Of a stretch of 64,000 bases of DNA, positions 31,320 through 45,700 are shown in pieces. Below the pieces are notes generated by a model. It was not told the DNA's origin. It ran no database searches and saw nothing but the letters and a program-made list of their open reading frames with translations. The translations under genes and the position numbers were made by a program. Each line of letters starts with the position of its first letter. Within the stretch, counting starts at the first letter, position 1. The stretch is from Eledone cirrhosa (Eukaryota), in assembly GCA_964016885.1 (NCBI GenBank), contig OZ024753.1, forward strand, positions 23,374,001-23,438,000, written 5' to 3'.

Positions 31320-34300
31320 ATGACAATGTCAAAATTCACTCTTTCAATGACAGTCAAATCCCTCTCGTTCAATGACAGTGTCAAAACCCACTCTTTCAAC
31401 GACAGTCAAATCCCACTCTTTCAATGACAATTTCAAACCTACTCTTTCAATGACAATCAAAACCCACTCTTTCAATGACAATGTCAACACCCACACTTTC
31501 AATGACAATTTCAAAACCTACACTTTCAATAACAGTCAAAACCCACTTTTTCAATGAAAGTGAAGACCCACTCTTTCAATGACAGTCAAAACCCACTATT
31601 TCAATGACAATGTCAAAACTCACTCTTTCAATCACAGTCAAAACCCACTCTTTCAATGTCAGCCAAAACCCACTCTTTCAATGACAATGTCAAAACCCAC
31701 TCTTTACATGTCAATGTCAAAACCTACTCTTTCAATGACAGTCAAAACCCACTCTTCCAATGACAGTCAAAACCCACTCTTTCAATGACGCTCAAAACTC
31801 ACTCTTTCAATGACAGCCAACACCAACTCTTTCAATGACGATGTCAAAACCCACTCTTTCAATGAAAATGGCAAAGCCTACTCTTTCAATCACAGTCGAA
31901 ACCACTCTTTCAATGACAATGTCAAAACCCTCTATTTCAATGACAATGGCAAAACCTACTCTTTCAATGACAATGTCAAAACCTACACTTTCAATGACAG
32001 TCAAAATCCACTCTTTCAATGACAACCAAAACCCACTCTTTCAATGACAGTCAAAACCCACTCTTTCAATGACACTCAAAACCCACTCTTTCAATGACAG
32101 CCAAAACGCACTCTTTCAATGACAATGTCAAAACCCACTCTTTCAATGACAATGTCAAAACTCACACTTTCAATGACAGTCGAAACCCACTCTTTCAATG
32201 ACAGTTAAAACCCACTCGTTCAATGACAATGTCAAAACCCACTCTTTCAATGACAGTCAAAACCCACGCTTTCAATGACAGTCAAAACCCACTCTGTCAA
32301 TGTTAGCCAAAACCCACTCTTTCAATGACAATGTCAAAACCCACTCTTTCATTGACAATGTCAAAACCTACTCTTTCAATGACAGTCAAAATCCACTCTT
32401 TAAATGAGAGTCAAACCCCACTCTTTCAATGACAGTCAAAAACCCATTCTTTCAATGACAGCCAAAACCCACTCTTTCAATGACAATGTCAAAACACACT
32501 TTTTCAATGACAATGTCAAAACCTACTCTTTCAATGACAGTCAAAACCCACTCTTTCAATGACAATGTTAAAACCCACTCTCTCAATGACAATGTCAAAA
32601 CCTACTCTTTCAATGACAGTCAAAACCCACTCCTTCAATAACAGTCAAAACCCAATATTTCAATAACAGTCAAAACCTACTCTTTCAATGACAGCCAAAT
32701 CCCACTCTTTCAATGACAACGTCTAAATCCACTCTTTCAATGACAGTCAAAACCCACTCTTTCAATGACAGTCGGAACCCACTCTTTCAATGACAGTAAA
32801 AACCCACTCTTTCAATGAAAATGTCAAAACCGACACTTTCAATGACAATGTCAACACCCACACTTTCAATGACAATTTCAAAACCTACACTTTCAATGAC
32901 AGTATAAACAAACTTTTTCAATAACAGTCAAAACCCACTTTTTCAATGAAAGTCAAGACCCACTCTTTCAATGACAGTATAAACCAACTATTTCAATGAC
33001 AATGTCAAAACTCACTCTTTCAATGACAGTCAAAACCCACTCTTTCAATGACAGTCAAAACCCACTCTTTCAATGTCAGCCAAAAGCCACTCTTTCAATG
33101 ACAATGTCAAAACCCACTCTTTCAATGACAATGTCACAACCTACTCTTTCAATGACAGTCAAAACCCACTCTTTCAATTACAGCCAAAACCCACTCTTTC
33201 ACTGACAATGTCAAAACCCACTTTTTCAATGTCAATGTCAAAACCTACTCTTTCAATGACAGTCAAAACCCACTCTTCCAATGACAGTCAAAACCCACTC
33301 TTTCAATGACAGTCAAAACCCACTCTTTCAATGACACTCAAAACTCACTCTTTCAATGACAGCCAACACCAACTCTTTCAATGACGATGTCAAAACCCAC
33401 TCTTTCAATGAAAATGGCAAAGCCTACTCTTTCAATCACAGTCGAAACCACTCTTTCAATGACAATGTCAAAACCCACTATTTCAATGACAATGTCAAAA
33501 CCTACTCTTTCAATGACAGTCAAAATCCACTCTTTCAATGACAACCAAAACCCACTCTTTCAATGACAGTCAAAACCCACTCTTTCAATGACACTCAAAA
33601 CCCACTCTTTCAATGACAGCTAAAACGCACTCTTTCAATGACAATGTCAAAACCCTCTCTTTCAATGACAATGTCAAAACTCACACTTTCAATGACAGTT
33701 GAAACCCACTCTTTCAATGACAGTTAAAACCCACTCGTTCAATGACAATGTCAAAACCCACTCTTTCAATGACAGTCAAAACCCACTCTTTCAATGACAT
33801 TCAAAACCCACTCTTTCAATGTCAGCCAAAACCCACTCTTTCAATGACAATGTCAAAACCCACTCTTTCAATGACAATGTCAAAACCTACTCTTTCAATG
33901 ACAGTCAAAACCCACTCTTTAAATGAGAGTCAAACCCCACTCTTTCAATGACAGTCAAAAACCCACTCATTCAATGACAATGTCAAAATTCACTCTTTCA
34001 ATGACAGTCAAATCCCTCTCGTTCAAGGACAGTGTCAAAACCCATTCTTTCAACGACAGTCAAATCCCACTCTTTCAATGACAATTTCAAACCTACTCTT
34101 TCAATGACAATCAAAACCCACTCTTTCAATGACAATGTCAACACCCACACTTTCAATGACAATTTCAAAACCTACACTTTCAATAACAGTATAAACACAC
34201 TTTTTCAATGACAGTCAAAACCCACTTTTTCAATGAAAGTGAAGACCCACTCTTTCAATGACAGTCAAAACCCACTATTTCAATGACAATGTCAAAACTC

Positions 34301-36655
34301 ACTCTTTCAATGACAGTCAAAACCCACTCTTTCAATGTCAGCCAAAACCCACTCTTTCAATGACAATGTCAAAACCCACTCTTTACATGTCAATGTCAAA
34401 ACCTACTCTTTCAATGACAGTCAAAACCCACTCTTCCAATGACAGTCAAAACCCACTCTTTCAATGACGCTCAAAACTCACTCTTTCAATGACAGCCAAC
34501 ACCAACTCTTTCAATGACGATGTCAAAACCCACTCTTTCAATGAAAATGGCAAACCTACTCTTTCAATCACAGTCGAAACCACTCTTTCAATGACAATGT
34601 CAAAACCCTCTATTTCAATGACAATGTCAAAACCCACTCTTTCAATGACAATGTCAAAACCTACACTTTCAATGACAGTCAAAATCCACTCTTTCAATGA
34701 CAACCAAAACCCACTCTTTCAATGACAGTCAAAACCCACTCTTTCAATGACACTCAAAACCCACTCTTTCAATGACAGCCAAAACGCACTCTTTCAATGA
34801 CAATGTCAAAACCCACTCTTTCAATGACAATGTCAAAACTCACACTTTCAATGACAGTCGAAACCCACTCTTTCAATGACAGTTAAAACCCACTCGTTCA
34901 ATGACAATGTCAAAACCCACTCTTTCAATGACAGTCAAAACCCACGCTTTCAATGACAGTCAAAACCCACTCTGTCAATGTTAGCCAAAACCCACTCTTT
35001 CAATGACAATGTCAAAACCCACTCTTTCATTGACAATGTCAAAACCTACTCTTTCAATGACAGTCAAAATCCACTCTTTAAATGAGAGTCAAACCCCACT
35101 CTTTCAATGACAGTCAAAAACCCATTCTTTCAATGACAGCCAAAACCCACTCTTTCAATGACAATGTCAAAACACACTTTTTCAATGACAATGTCAAAAC
35201 CTACTCTTTCAATGACAGTCAAAACCCACTCTTTCAATGACAATGTTAAAACCCACTCTCTCAATGACAATGTCAAAACCTACTCTTTCAATGACAGTCA
35301 AAACCCACTCCTTCAATAACAGTCAAAACCCAATATTTCAATAACAGTCAAAACCTACTCTTTCAATGACAGCCAAATCCCACTCTTTCAATGACAACGT
35401 CTAAATCCACTCTTTCAATGACAGTCAAAACCCACTCTTTCAATGACAGTCAGAACCCACTCTTTCAATGACAGTAAAAACCCACTCTTTCAATGAAAAT
35501 GTCAAAACCGACACTTTCAATGACAATGTCAACACCCACACTTTCAATGACAATTTCAAAACCTACACTTTCAATGACAGTATAAACAAACTTTTTCAAT
35601 AACAGTCAAAACCCACTTTTTCAATGAAAGTCAAGACCCACTCTTTCAATGACAGTATAAACCAACTATTTCAATGACAATGTCAAAACTCACTCTTTCA
35701 ATGACAGTCAAAACCCACTCTTTCAATGACAGTCAAAACCCACTCTTTCAATGTCAGCCAAAAGCCACTCTTTCAATGACAATGTCAAAACCCACTCTTT
35801 CAATGACAATGTCACAACCTACTCTTTCAATGACAGTCAAAACCCACTCTTTCAATGACAGCCAAAACCCACTCTTTCACTGACAATGTCAAAACCCACT
35901 TTTTCAATGTCAATGTCAAAACCTACTCTTTCAATGACAGTCAAAACCCACTCTTCCAATGACAGTCAAAACCCACTCTTTCAATGACAGTCAAAACCCA
36001 CTCTTTCAATGACACTCAAAACTCACTCTTTCAATGACAGCCAACACCAACTCTTTCAATGACGATGTCAAAACCCACTCTTTCAATGAAAATGGCAAAG
36101 CCTACTCTTTCAATCACAGTCGAAACCACTCTTTCAATGACAATGTCAAAACCCACTATTTCAATGACAATGTCAAAACCTACTCTTTCAATGACAGTCA
36201 AAATCCACTCTTTCAATGACAACCAAAACCCACTCTTTCAATGACAGTCAAAACCCACTCTTTCAATGACACTCAAAACCCACTCTTTCAATGACAGCTA
36301 AAACGCACTCTTTCAATGACAATGTCAAAACCCTCTCTTTCAATGACAATGTCAAAACTCACACTTTCAATGACAGTTGAAACCCACTCTTTCAATGACA
36401 GTTAAAACCCACTCGTTCAATGACAATGTCAAAACCCACTCTTTCAATGACAGTCAAAACCCACTCTTTCAATGACATTCAAAACCCACTCTTTCAATGT
36501 CAGCCAAAACCTACTCTTTCAATGACAATGTCAAAACCCACTCTTTCAATGACAATGTCAAAACCTACTCTTTCAATGACAGTCAAAACCCACTCTTTAA
36601 ATGAGAGTCAAACCCCACTCTTTCAATGACAGTCAAAAACCCACTCATTCAATGA
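31320..36655 (+). repeat. Local tandem duplication, period 2678-2679 bp
   Basis: Markers at 31579/34258, 31810/34489, 32996/35674, 33356/36034 and 33742/36420. The private variant TCTTTACATGTC is in both copies. Confidence 0.87.
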
Positions 36656-36721
36656 CAGCCAAAACCCACTCTTTCAATGACAATGTCAAAACCCACTTTT
36701 TCAATGACAATGTCAAAATCT

Positions 36722-38433
36722 ACTCTTTCAATGACAGTCAAAACCCACTCTTTAAATGAGAGTCAAACCCCACTCTTTCAATGACAGCCAAAACCCACTC
36801 TTTCAATGACAATGTCAAAACACACTTTTTCAATGACAATGTCAAAACCTACTCTTTCAATGACAGTCAAAACCCACTCTTTCAATGACAATGTTAAAAC
36901 CCACTCTCTCAATGACAATGTCAAAACCTACTCTTTCAATGACAGTCAAAACCCACTCCTTCAATAACAGTCAAAACCCAATATTTCAATAACAGTCAAA
37001 ACCTACTCTTTCAATGACAGCTAAATCCCACTCTTTCAATGACAACGTCTAAATCCACTCTTTCAATGACAGTCAAAACCCACTCTTTCAATGACAGTCA
37101 GAACCCACTCTTTCAATGACAGTAAAAACACACTCTTTCAATGACAATGTTAAATCCCACTCTTTCAATGACAATGTCAAATCCTACTGTTTCAATGACA
37201 ATGTCAAAACCCACTCTTTGAATGACAATGTCAAACCCACTATTTCAATGACAGTCAAAACCCTCTATTTCAATGACAATGTCAAAACCCACTCTTTCAA
37301 TGACAGTCAACACCCACTCTTTCAATGAAAATGGCAAAGCCTACTCTTTCAATCACAGTCGAAACCACTCTTTCAATGACAATGTCAAAACCCACTATTT
37401 CAATGACTGTCAAAACCCACTCTTTCAATGACAATGTCAAAACCTACTCTTTCAATGACAGTCAAAATCCACTCTTTCAATGACAACCAAAACCCACTCT
37501 TTCAATGACAGTCAAAACCCACTCTTTCAATGACACTCAAAACCAACCCACTCTTTCAATGACAGCCAAAACGCACTCTTTCAATGACAATGTCAAAACC
37601 CACTCTTTCAATGACAATGTCAAAACTCACACTTTCAATGACAGTCGAAACCCACTCTTTCAATGGCAGTTAAAACCCACTCGTTCAATGACAATGTCAA
37701 AACCCACTCTTTCAATGACAGTCAAAACCCACTCTTTCAATGACAGTCAAAACCCACTCTGTCAATGTTAGCCAAAACCCTCTCTTTCAATGACAATGTC
37801 AAAACCCACTCTTTCAATGACAATGTCAAAACCTACTCTTTCAATGACAGTCAAAACCCACTCTTTAAATGAGAGTCAAACCCCACTCTTTCAATGACAG
37901 CCAAAACCCACTCTTTCAATGACAATGTCAAAACACACTTTTTCAATGACAATGTCAAAACCTACTATTTCAATGACAGTCAAAACCCACTCTTTCAATG
38001 ACAATGTTAAAACCCACTCTCTCAATGACAATGTCAAAAACTACTCTTTCAATGACAGTCAAAACCCACTCCTTCAATAACAGTCAAAACCCAATATTTC
38101 AATAACAGTCAAAACCTACTCTTTCAATGACAGCTAAATCCCACTCTTTCAATGACAACGTCTAAATCCACTCTTTCAATGACAGTCAAAACCCACTCTT
38201 TCAATGACAGTCAGAACCCACTCTTTCAATGACAGTAAAAACACACTCTTTCAATGACAATGTTAAAACCCACTCTTTCAATGACAATGTCAAATCCTAC
38301 TGTTTCAATGACAATGTCAAAACCCACTCTTTGAATGACAATGTCAAACCCACTATTTCAATGACAGTCAAAACCCTCTATTTCAATGACAATGTCAAAA
38401 CCCACTCTTTCAATGACAGTCAACACCCACTCT
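36722..38433 (+). repeat. Local duplication, offset 1113 bp
   Basis: TTTAAATGAGAGTC at 36751/37864 and ORF markers at 37116/38229, with the shared variants GTAAAAACAC and TCTTTGAATG. Confidence 0.75.
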
Positions 38434-41400
38434 TTTAATGACAATGTCAAAACCTACTCTTTCGATGACAGTCAAAACCCACTCTTTCAATGACAGCCAA
38501 AACCCACTCTTTCACTGACAATGTCAAAACCCACCTTTTCAATATCAATGTCAAAATCTACTCTTTCAATGACAGTCAAAACCCACTTTTCCAATGACAG
38601 TCAAAACCCACTCTTTCAATGACAGCCAAAACGCACTCTTTCAATGACAATGTCAAAACCCACTCATTCAATGACAATGTCAAAAGTCACACTTTCAATG
38701 ACAGTCGAAACCCACTCTTTCAATGACAATGTCAACACCCACACTTTCAATGACAATTTCAAAGCCTACACTTTCAATGACAGTATAAACACACTTTTTC
38801 AATAACAGGCAAAACCCACTTTTTCAATGAAAGTCAAGACCCACTCTTTCAATGACAGTCAAAACCCACTATTTCAATGACAATGTCAAAACTCACTCTT
38901 TCAATGACAGTCAAAACCTACTCTTTCAATGACAGTCAAAACCCACACTTTCAATGACAGTCAAAAGCCACTATTTCAATGAAAATGTCAAAACCGACTC
39001 TTTCAATGACAAGTCAAACCCATTCTTTCAATGACCATGTCAAAGCCTACTCTTTCAATGACAGTCAAATCCCTCTCGTTCGATGACAATGTCAAAGCCC
39101 ACTCTTTCAATGACAATCAAAACCCACTCTTTCAATGACAATGTCAAAACCCACTCTTTCAATGACAGTCAAAACCTACTCTTTCAATGACAGTCAAAAC
39201 CCACTCTTTCAATGACAGTCAAAAGCCACTATTTCAATGAAAATGTCAAAACCGACTCTTTCAATGACAAGCCAAACCCATTCTTTCAATGACCATGTCA
39301 AAGCCTACTCTTTCAATGACAGTCAAATCCCTCTCGTTCAATGACAGTGTCAAAACCCACTCTTTCAACGACAGTCAAATCCCACTCTTTCAATGACAAT
39401 TTCAAACCTACTCTTTCAATGACAATCAAAACCCCCTCTTTCAATGACAATGTCAACACCCACACTTTCAATGACAATTTCAAAGCCTACACTTTCAATG
39501 ACAGTATAAACACACTTTTTCAATATCAGGCAAAACCCACTTTTTCAATGAAAGTCAAGACCCACTCTTTCAATGACAGTCAAAACCCACTATTTCAATG
39601 ACAATGTCAAAACTCACTCTTTCAATGACAGTCAAAACCTACTCTTTCAATGACAGTCAAAACCCACTCTTTCAATGTCAGCCAAAAGCCACTCTTTCAA
39701 TGACAATGTCAAAACCCACTCGTTTAATGACAATGTCAAAACCTACTCTTTCAATGACAGTCAAAACCCACTCTTTCAATGACAGCCAAAACCCACTCTT
39801 TCACTGACAATGTCAAAACCCACTTTTTCAATGTCAATGTCAAAACCTACTCTTTAGGTGACAGTCAAAACCCACTCTTCCAATGACAGTCAAAACCCAC
39901 TCTTTCATGACAGTCAAGACCCACTCTTTCAATGACACTCAAAACTCACTCTTTCAATGACAGCCAACACCAACTCTTTCAATGACGATGTCAAAACCCA
40001 CTCTTTCAATGAAAATGGCAAAGCCTACTCTTTCAATCACAGTCGAAACCACTCTTTCAATGACAATGTCAAAACCCACTATTTCAATGACAATGTCAAA
40101 ACCTACTCTTTCAATGACAGTCAAAATCCACTCTTTCAATGACAACCAAAACCCACTCTTTCAATGACAGTCAAAACCCACTCTTTCAATGACAGTCAAA
40201 ACCCACTCTTTCAATGACAGCTAAAATGCAATCTTTCAATGACAATGTCAAAACCCTCTCTTTCAATGACAATGTCAAAACTCACACTTTCAATGACAGT
40301 TGAAACCCACTCTTTCAATGAGAGTTAAAACCCACTCGTTCAATGACAATGTCAAAACCCAGTCTTTCAATGACAGTCAAAACCCACTCTTTCAATGTCA
40401 GCCAAAACCCACTCTTTCAATGACAATGTCAAAACCTACTCTTTCAATGACAGTCAAAACCCACTCTTTAAATGAGAGTCAAACCCCACTCTTTCAATGA
40501 CAGTCAAAAACCCACTCTTTCAATGACAGCCAAAACCCACTCTTTCAATGACAATGTCAAAACCCACTTTTTCAATGACAATGTCAAAACCTACTCTTTA
40601 AATGACAGTCAAAACCCACTCTTTCAATGACAATGTTGAAACCCACTCTCTCAATGACAATGTCAAAACCTACTCTTTCAATGACAGTCAAAACCCACTC
40701 TTTCAATGACAGTCAAAAGCCACTATTTCAATGAAAATATCAAACCCGACTCTTTCAATGACAATGTCAAACCCCACTCCTTCAATAACAGTCAAAACCC
40801 AATATTTCAATAACATTCAAAACCTACTCTTTCAATGACAGCCAAATCCCACTCTTTCAATGACAATGTCTAAATCCACTCTTTCAATGACAGTCAAAAC
40901 CCACTCTTTCAATGACAGTCAGAACACACTCTTTCAATGACAGTCAAAACCCACTCTTTCAATGACAATGTTAAAACCTACTCTTTCAATGACAATGTCA
41001 AATCCTACTGTTTCAATGACAATGTCAAAACACACTCATTCAATGACAATGTCAAAACCCACTATTTCAATGACAGTCAAAACCCTCTATTTCAATGACA
41101 ATGTCAAAACCCACTCTTTCAATGACAGTAAAAACCCACTCTTTCAATGACAATGTCAAAACCCACTCTTTCAATGACAATGTCAAAACCTACTCTTTCA
41201 ATGACAGTCAAAACCCACTCTTTCAATGACAGCCAAAACCCACTCTTTCACTGACAATGTCAAAACCCACTTTTTCAATGTCAATCTCAAAACCTACTAT
41301 TTCAATGACAGTCAAAACCCACTCTTCCAATGACGGTCAAAACCCACTCTTTCAATGACAGTCAAAACCCACTCTTTCAATGACACTCAAAACCCACTCT

Positions 41401-42780
41401 TTCAATGACAGCCAAAACCAACTCTTTCAATGACAATGTCAAAACCCACTCTTTCAATGACAATGGCAAAGCCTACTCTTACAATGACAGTCGAAACCAC
41501 TCATACAATGAATGTCAAAACCCACTCGTTCAATCACAATGTCAAAAGCCACTCTTTCAATGACAGTCAAAACCTACTCTTTCAATGACAATGTCAAAAC
41601 CCACTCTTTCAATGACAATGTCAAAACCCACTCTTTCAATGACAATGTCAAAACCTACTCTTTCAATGACAGTCAAAATCCACTCTTTCAATGACAACCA
41701 AAACCCACTCTTTCAATGACAGTCAAAACCCACCCTTTCAATGACACTCAAAACCCACTCTTTCAATGACAGCCAAAACGCACTTATTCAATGACAATGT
41801 CAAAACCCACTCTTTCAATGACAATGTCAAAACTCACACTTTCAATGACAGTCGAAACCCACTCTTTCAATGACAGTTAAAACCCACTCGTTCAATGACA
41901 ACGTCAAAACCCACTCTTTCAATAACAGTCAAAACCCACTCTTTCAATGACAATGTCAAAAACCACTCTTTCAATGGCAGTCAAAACCCGCTCTTTCAAT
42001 GAAAATGTTAAAACCCACTCTCTCAATCACAATGTCAAAACCTACTCTTTCAATGACAGTCAAAATCCACTATTTCAATGACAGTCAACACCCACTCTTT
42101 CAATGACAATCAAAACCCACTCTTTCAATGACAATGTCAAAACCGACTCTTTCAATGACAGTCAAAACCTACTCTTTCAATGACGGTCAAAACCCACTCT
42201 TTCAATGACAGTCTAAAGCCACTATTTCAATGACAATGTCAAGACCCACTCTTTCAATGACAGTCAAAACCCACTCTTTCAATGACCGTCAAAACCTACA
42301 CTTTCAATGACAGCCAAAACCCACTCTTTCAATGACAAGCCAAACCCACTCTTTCAATGACCATGTCAAAGCCTACACTCTTTCAATGAGAGTCAAATCC
42401 CTCTCGTTCAATGACTGTGTCAAAACCCACTCTTTCAACGACAGTCAAATCACACTCTTTCAATGACAATTTCAAACCTACTCTCTCAATGACAATCAAA
42501 GCCCACTCTTTCAATGACAATGTCAACACCCACACTTTCAATGACAATTTCAAAACCTACACTTTCAATGACAATTTCAAAACCTACACTTTCAATGACA
42601 GTATAAACACACTTTTTCAATGACAGTCAAAACCCACTTTTTCAATGAAATTCAAGACCCACTCTTTCAATGACAGTCAAAACCCACTCTTTCAATGACA
42701 ATGTCAAAACCCACTCTTTCAATGACAATGTCAAAACCCACTCTTTCAATGACAATGTCAAAACCCACTCTTTCAATGAT

Positions 42781-45700
42781 AGTCAAAACCCATTCTTTCA
42801 ATGACAATGTCAAAACCCACTCTTTCAATGACAGTCAAATCCCACTCTTTCAATGACCGTCAAAACCTACTCTTTCAATGACAGCCAAAACCCACTCTTT
42901 CAATGACAAGCCAAACCCACTCTTTCAATGACCATGTCAAAGCCTACTCTTTCAATGACAGTCAAATCCCTCTCGTTCAATGACAGTCAAAACCTACTCT
43001 TTCAATGACAGTCAAAACCCACTCTTTCAATGACAGTCAAAAGCCACTATTTCAATGAAAATGTCAAAACCCACTCTTTCAATGTCAATGTCAAAACCCA
43101 CTCTTTCAATGCCAATGTCAAAAACCCACTCTTTCAATGACAGTCAAAACCCATTCTTTCAATGACAATGTCAAAACCCACTCTTTCAATGACAGTCAAA
43201 ACCCACTCATTCAATGACCGTCAAAACCTACACTTTCAATGACAGCCAAAACCCACTCTTTCAATGACAAGCCAAACCCACTCTTTCAATGACCATGTCA
43301 AAGCCTACTCTTTCAATGAGAGTCAAATCCCTCTCGTTCAATGACTGTGTCAAAACCCACTCTTTCAACGACAGTCAAATCCCACTCTTTCAATGACAAT
43401 TTCAAACCTACTCTCTCAATGACAATCAAAGCCCACTCTTTCAATGACAATGTCAACACCCACACTTTCAATGACAATTTCAAAACCTACACTTTCAATG
43501 ACAGTATAAACACACTTTTTCAATGACAGTCAAAACCCACTTTTTCAATGAAATTCAAGACCCACTCTTTCAATGACAGTCAAAACCCACTCTTTCAATG
43601 ACAATGTCAAAATCCACTCTTTCAATGACAATGTCAAAACTCACACTTTCAATGACAGTCGAAACCCACTCTTTCAATGACAGTTAAAACCCACTCGTTC
43701 AATGACAATGTCAAAACCCACTCTTTCAATGACAGTCAAAACCCACTCTTTCAATGACAGTAAAACCCACTCTTTCAATGTCAGCCAAAACCCACTCTTT
43801 CAATGACAATGTCAAAACCCACTCTTTCAATGACAATGTCAAAACCCACTCTTTCAATGACAATGTCAAAACCCACTCTTTCAATGATAGTCAAAACCCA
43901 TTCTTTCAATGACAATGTCAAAACCCACTCTTTCAATGACAGTCAAAACCCACTCTTTCAATGACCGTCAAAACCTACTCTTTCAATGACAGCCAAAACC
44001 CACTCATTCAATGACAAGCCAAACCCACTCTTTCAATGACCATGTCAAAGCCTACTATTTCAATGACAGTCAAATCCCTCTCGTTCAATGACAGTCGAAT
44101 CCTACTCTTTCAATGACAGTCAAAACCCACTCTTTCAATGACAGTCAAAAGCCACTATTTCAATGAAAATGTCAAAACCCACTCTTTCAATGACAATGTC
44201 AAAGCCCACTCTTTCAATGACAATGTCAAAACCCACTCTTTCAATGACAGTTAAAACCCATTCTTTCAATGACAATGTCAAAACCCACTCTTTCAATGAC
44301 CGTCAAAACCTACGCTTTCAATGACAGCCAAAACCCACACTTTCAATGACAAGCCAAACCCACTCTTTCAATGACCATGTCAAAGCCTACTCTTTCAATG
44401 AGAGTCAAATCCCTCTCGTTCAATGACTGTGTCAAAACCCACTCTTTCAACGACAGTCAAATCCCACTCTTTCAATGACAATTTCAAACCTACTCTCTCA
44501 ATGACAATCAAAGCCCACTCTTTCAATGACAATGTCAACACCCACACTTTCAATGACAATTTCAAAACCTACACTTTCAATGACAGTATAAACACACTTT
44601 TTCAATGACAGTCAAAACCCACTTTTTCAATGAAATTCAAGACCCACTCTTTCAATGACAGTCAAAACCCACTCTTTCAATGACAATGTCAAAATCCACT
44701 CTTTCAATGACAATGTCAAAACTCACACTTTCAATCACAGTCGAAACCCACTCTTTCAATGACAGTTAAAACCCACTCGTTCAATGACAATGTCAAAACC
44801 CACTCTTTCAATGACAGTCAAAACCCACTCTTTCAATGACAGTCAAAACCCACTCTTTCAATTCAGCCAAAACCCACTCTTTCAATGACAATGTCAAAAC
44901 CCACTCTTTCAATGACAATGTCAAAACCCACTCTTTCAATGATAGTCAAAACCCATTCTTTCAATGACAATGTCAAAACCCACTCTTTCAATGACAGTCA
45001 AAACCCACTCTTTCAATGACCGTCAAAACCTACTCTTTCAATGACAGCCAAAACCCACTCTTTCAATGACAAGCCAAACCCACTCTTTCAATGACCATGT
45101 CAAAGCCTACTCTTTCAATGACAGTCAAATCCCTCTCGTTCAATGACAGTGACAAAACCCACTCTTTCAACGACAGTCAAATCCCACTCTTTCAATGACA
45201 ATTTCAAACCTACTCTCGCAATGACAATCAAAGCCCTCTCTTTGAATGACAATGTCAACACCCACACTTTCAATGACAATTTCAAAACCTACACTTTCAA
45301 TGACAGTATAAACACACTTTTTCAATGACAGTCAAAACCCACTTTTTCGATGAAAGTCAAGACCCACTCTTTCAATGGCAGTCAAAACTCACTATTTCAA
45401 TGACAATGTCAAAACTCACTCTTTCAATGACAGTCAAAACCCACTCTTCCAATGACAGTCAAAACCCACTCTTTCAATGACAGTTAAAACCCACTCTTTC
45501 AATGACACTCAAAACCCACTCTTTCAATGACAGCCAAAACCAACTCTTTCAATGACAATATCAAAACCCACTCTTTCAATGACAATGGCAAAGCCTACTC
45601 TTTCAATGACAGTCGAAACCACTCTTTCAATGAATGTCAAAACCCACTCGTTCAATCACAATATCAAAAGCCACTCTTTCAATGACAGTCAAAACCCACT

